DNA from: Squalus acanthias | Taxonomy: Eukaryota | Direction of reading: 5' to 3' | Length of the DNA stretch: 64,000 nucleotides | Assembly: GCA_030390025.1 (NCBI GenBank) | Contig: CM059432.1 | Location: 91,018,001 to 91,082,000 of the forward strand | Part shown: in pieces, positions 62,438 to 64,000 of the stretch | Numbering within the stretch: the stretch's first letter is position 1 | Layout of the letters: each line of letters starts with the position of its first letter | The notes under the pieces: generated by a model | Databases searched by the model: none | Told to the model about the DNA's origin: nothing | The model's input: only the letters and a program-made list of their open reading frames with translations | Made by a program: the position numbers and the translations under genes

Positions 62438-64000
62438 ATAAGAACATAAGAAATAGGAGCAGGAGTAGGCCATTCAGCCCTTCGAGCCTGCTCCACCATT
62501 CAATGAGATCATGGCTGATCTTCTGCCTCAACTCCATTCACCGGCCCTATCGCCATATCCCTTGATGCCCTTACTAGTCAGAAATCTATCGACTTCTCTT
62601 TTGAATATACCCAATGACTGAGGCTCCACAGCCCTCTGGGGTAGAGAATTCCAAAGATTCACCACCCTCTGTGTGAAGAAGTTTCTTCTCATCTCAGTCC
62701 TGAATGGCCTACCCTTTATCCTGAGGCTGTGGCCCCTGATTCTAGACTCCCCAGCCAAGGGAAACATTCTCCCAGCATCCACCCTATCAAGCCCTGTAAT
62801 AATTTTGTATGCTTCAATGAGATCCCCTCTCATTCTTCTGAATTCAAGAGAATACAGGCCTAGTTTACTCAATCTCTTCTCATACGACAGTCCCGCCATC
62901 CCAGGAATCAATCTCGTGAAGCTTTGTTGCATTCCCTCTATGGCAAGTATATCCTTCCTTAGGTAAGGAGACCAAAATTGTACACAGTACTCCAGGTGTG
63001 GTCTCACCAAGGCCCTATATAATTGGAGTAAGAGTTCTTTACTCCTGTCCTCAAATCCTCTTGTAATGAAGGCCAGCATACCATTTGCCTTCCTAATGGC
63101 TTGCTGCACCTGGACATTCACTTTCAGTGACTCATGTACAAGGACACCCAGGTCCCTTTGAGCATCTGCATTCCCCAATCTTTCACCATTTAGGAAATAC
63201 TCTGCCTTTCTGTTTTTTTTACCAAAGTGGATAACTTCACATTTATCCACATTATATTCCATCTGCCATGTTCTCGCCCACTCACTGAGCTTGTCGAGAT
63301 CCCCTTGAAGCCTCTTCACATCCTCTTCACAACTGCCACTGCCACCTAGCTTTGTATCATCAGCAAATGTGGAAATATTACATTTAGTCCCCTCATCCAA
63401 ATCATTGATATAGATTGTGAATAGCTGGGGCCCGAGCACCGATCCTTGCAGTACCCCACTAGTTACAGCCTGCCATCCTGAAAAAGACCCGTTTATCCCT
63501 ACTCTTTGTTTTCTGTCTGTTAACCAATTCTCAATCCATGCTAATATATTACCCCCAGTTCCATGTGCCCTAATTTTGTTCACCAACCTCTTATGTGGGA
63601 CCTTATCGAAGGCCTTCTGAAAATCCAAATACACCACATCTACCAGTTCCCCTTTGTCTACTCCACTAGTTACATCCTCAAAGAACTCCAATAGGTTTGT
63701 CAAACAGGATTTCCCTTTCATAAATCCATGTTGACTCTGCCCAATCTTACTATTAGTTTCTAAGTGCCCAGTTATTACATCCTTTATAATAGATTCCAGC
63801 ATTTTCCCAACTACTGATGTGAGGGTAACAGGTCTGTAGTTCCCCGTTTTCCCTCTCCCTCCTTTCTTAAATAGCGGGGTTACATTTGCTATCCTCCAAT
63901 CTGCAGGAACCGTTCCAGAATCTATAGAATTTTGGAAGATGACAACCAATGCATCCACTATCCCAATGGCCACCTCTTTCAAAACCCTAGGATGTAGGTC
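62438..64000 (-). mobile_element. Young CR1 LINE running off the window edge
   Basis: 3' tail at 62438-62527; ORF2 open from the window edge to its stop. Confidence 0.97.
62528..64000 (-). CDS. CR1 ORF2 reverse transcriptase, C-terminal 490 codons uninterrupted (partial)
   Basis: [51 protein letters not shown] in a single frame. Confidence 0.8.
   Translation of the reverse strand, partial: DLHPRVLKEVAIGIVDALVVIFQNSIDSGTVPADWRIANVTPLFKKGGRGKTGNYRPVTLTSVVGKMLESIIKDVITGHLETNSKIGQSQHGFMKGKSCLTNLLEFFEDVTSGVDKGELVDVVYLDFQKAFDKVPHKRLVNKIRAHGTGGNILAWIENWLTDRKQRVGINGSFSGWQAVTSGVLQGSVLGPQLFTIYINDLDEGTKCNISTFADDTKLGGSGSCEEDVKRLQGDLDKLSEWARTWQMEYNVDKCEVIHFGKKNRKAEYFLNGERLGNADAQRDLGVLVHESLKVNVQVQQAIRKANGMLAFITRGFEDRSKELLLQLYRALVRPHLEYCVQFWSPYLRKDILAIEGMQQSFTRLIPGMAGLSYEKRLSKLGLYSLEFRRMRGDLIEAYKIITGLDRVDAGRMFPLAGESRIRGHSLRIKGRPFRTEMRRNFFTQRVVNLWNSLPQRAVEPQSLGIFKREVDRFLTSKGIKGYGDRAGEWS

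Overview
This is eukaryotic vertebrate DNA, most likely a shark or other cartilaginous fish. That assignment is inferred from the DeuSINE/SacSINE1-like SINEs, the CR1 3' tails and the Penelope-type fragments. No prokaryotic features (operons, CRISPR, rRNA) are present. The only well-supported host coding sequence is the terminal exon of a coiled-coil gene at 1485-1946 (+). Much of the rest is nested transposable elements. (i) At least 15 PIF/Harbinger-type elements: five large decayed two-gene copies (DDE transposase remnant facing an intron-containing Myb/SANT partner gene) and several MITE families, with GG..AAATT/GATTTT-type termini and mostly 3-bp TSDs. (ii) One structurally complete 2.6-kb hAT transposon with an uninterrupted 604-aa BED-finger/DDE transposase, a perfect 8-bp TSD and a visible paralogous empty site; it sits inside a Harbinger transposase gene. 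(iii) Many CR1 LINEs, including a near full-length copy hit by three MITEs, plus CR1-Zenon-like, L2 and Penelope-like fragments. (iv) tRNA-derived SINEs. Most noteworthy are the possibly active (possibly horizontally acquired) hAT, MITEs with two inward-facing promoter-like arms ending in strong splice donors, Myb-retaining/transposase-deleted Harbinger derivatives, a recurrent TGACAG hairpin motif, and recurrent inverted (AAT/ATT) flanks. I found no clear evidence of a wholly new biological system; the findings are hypotheses from manual reading. Boundaries of degraded repeats are approximate.
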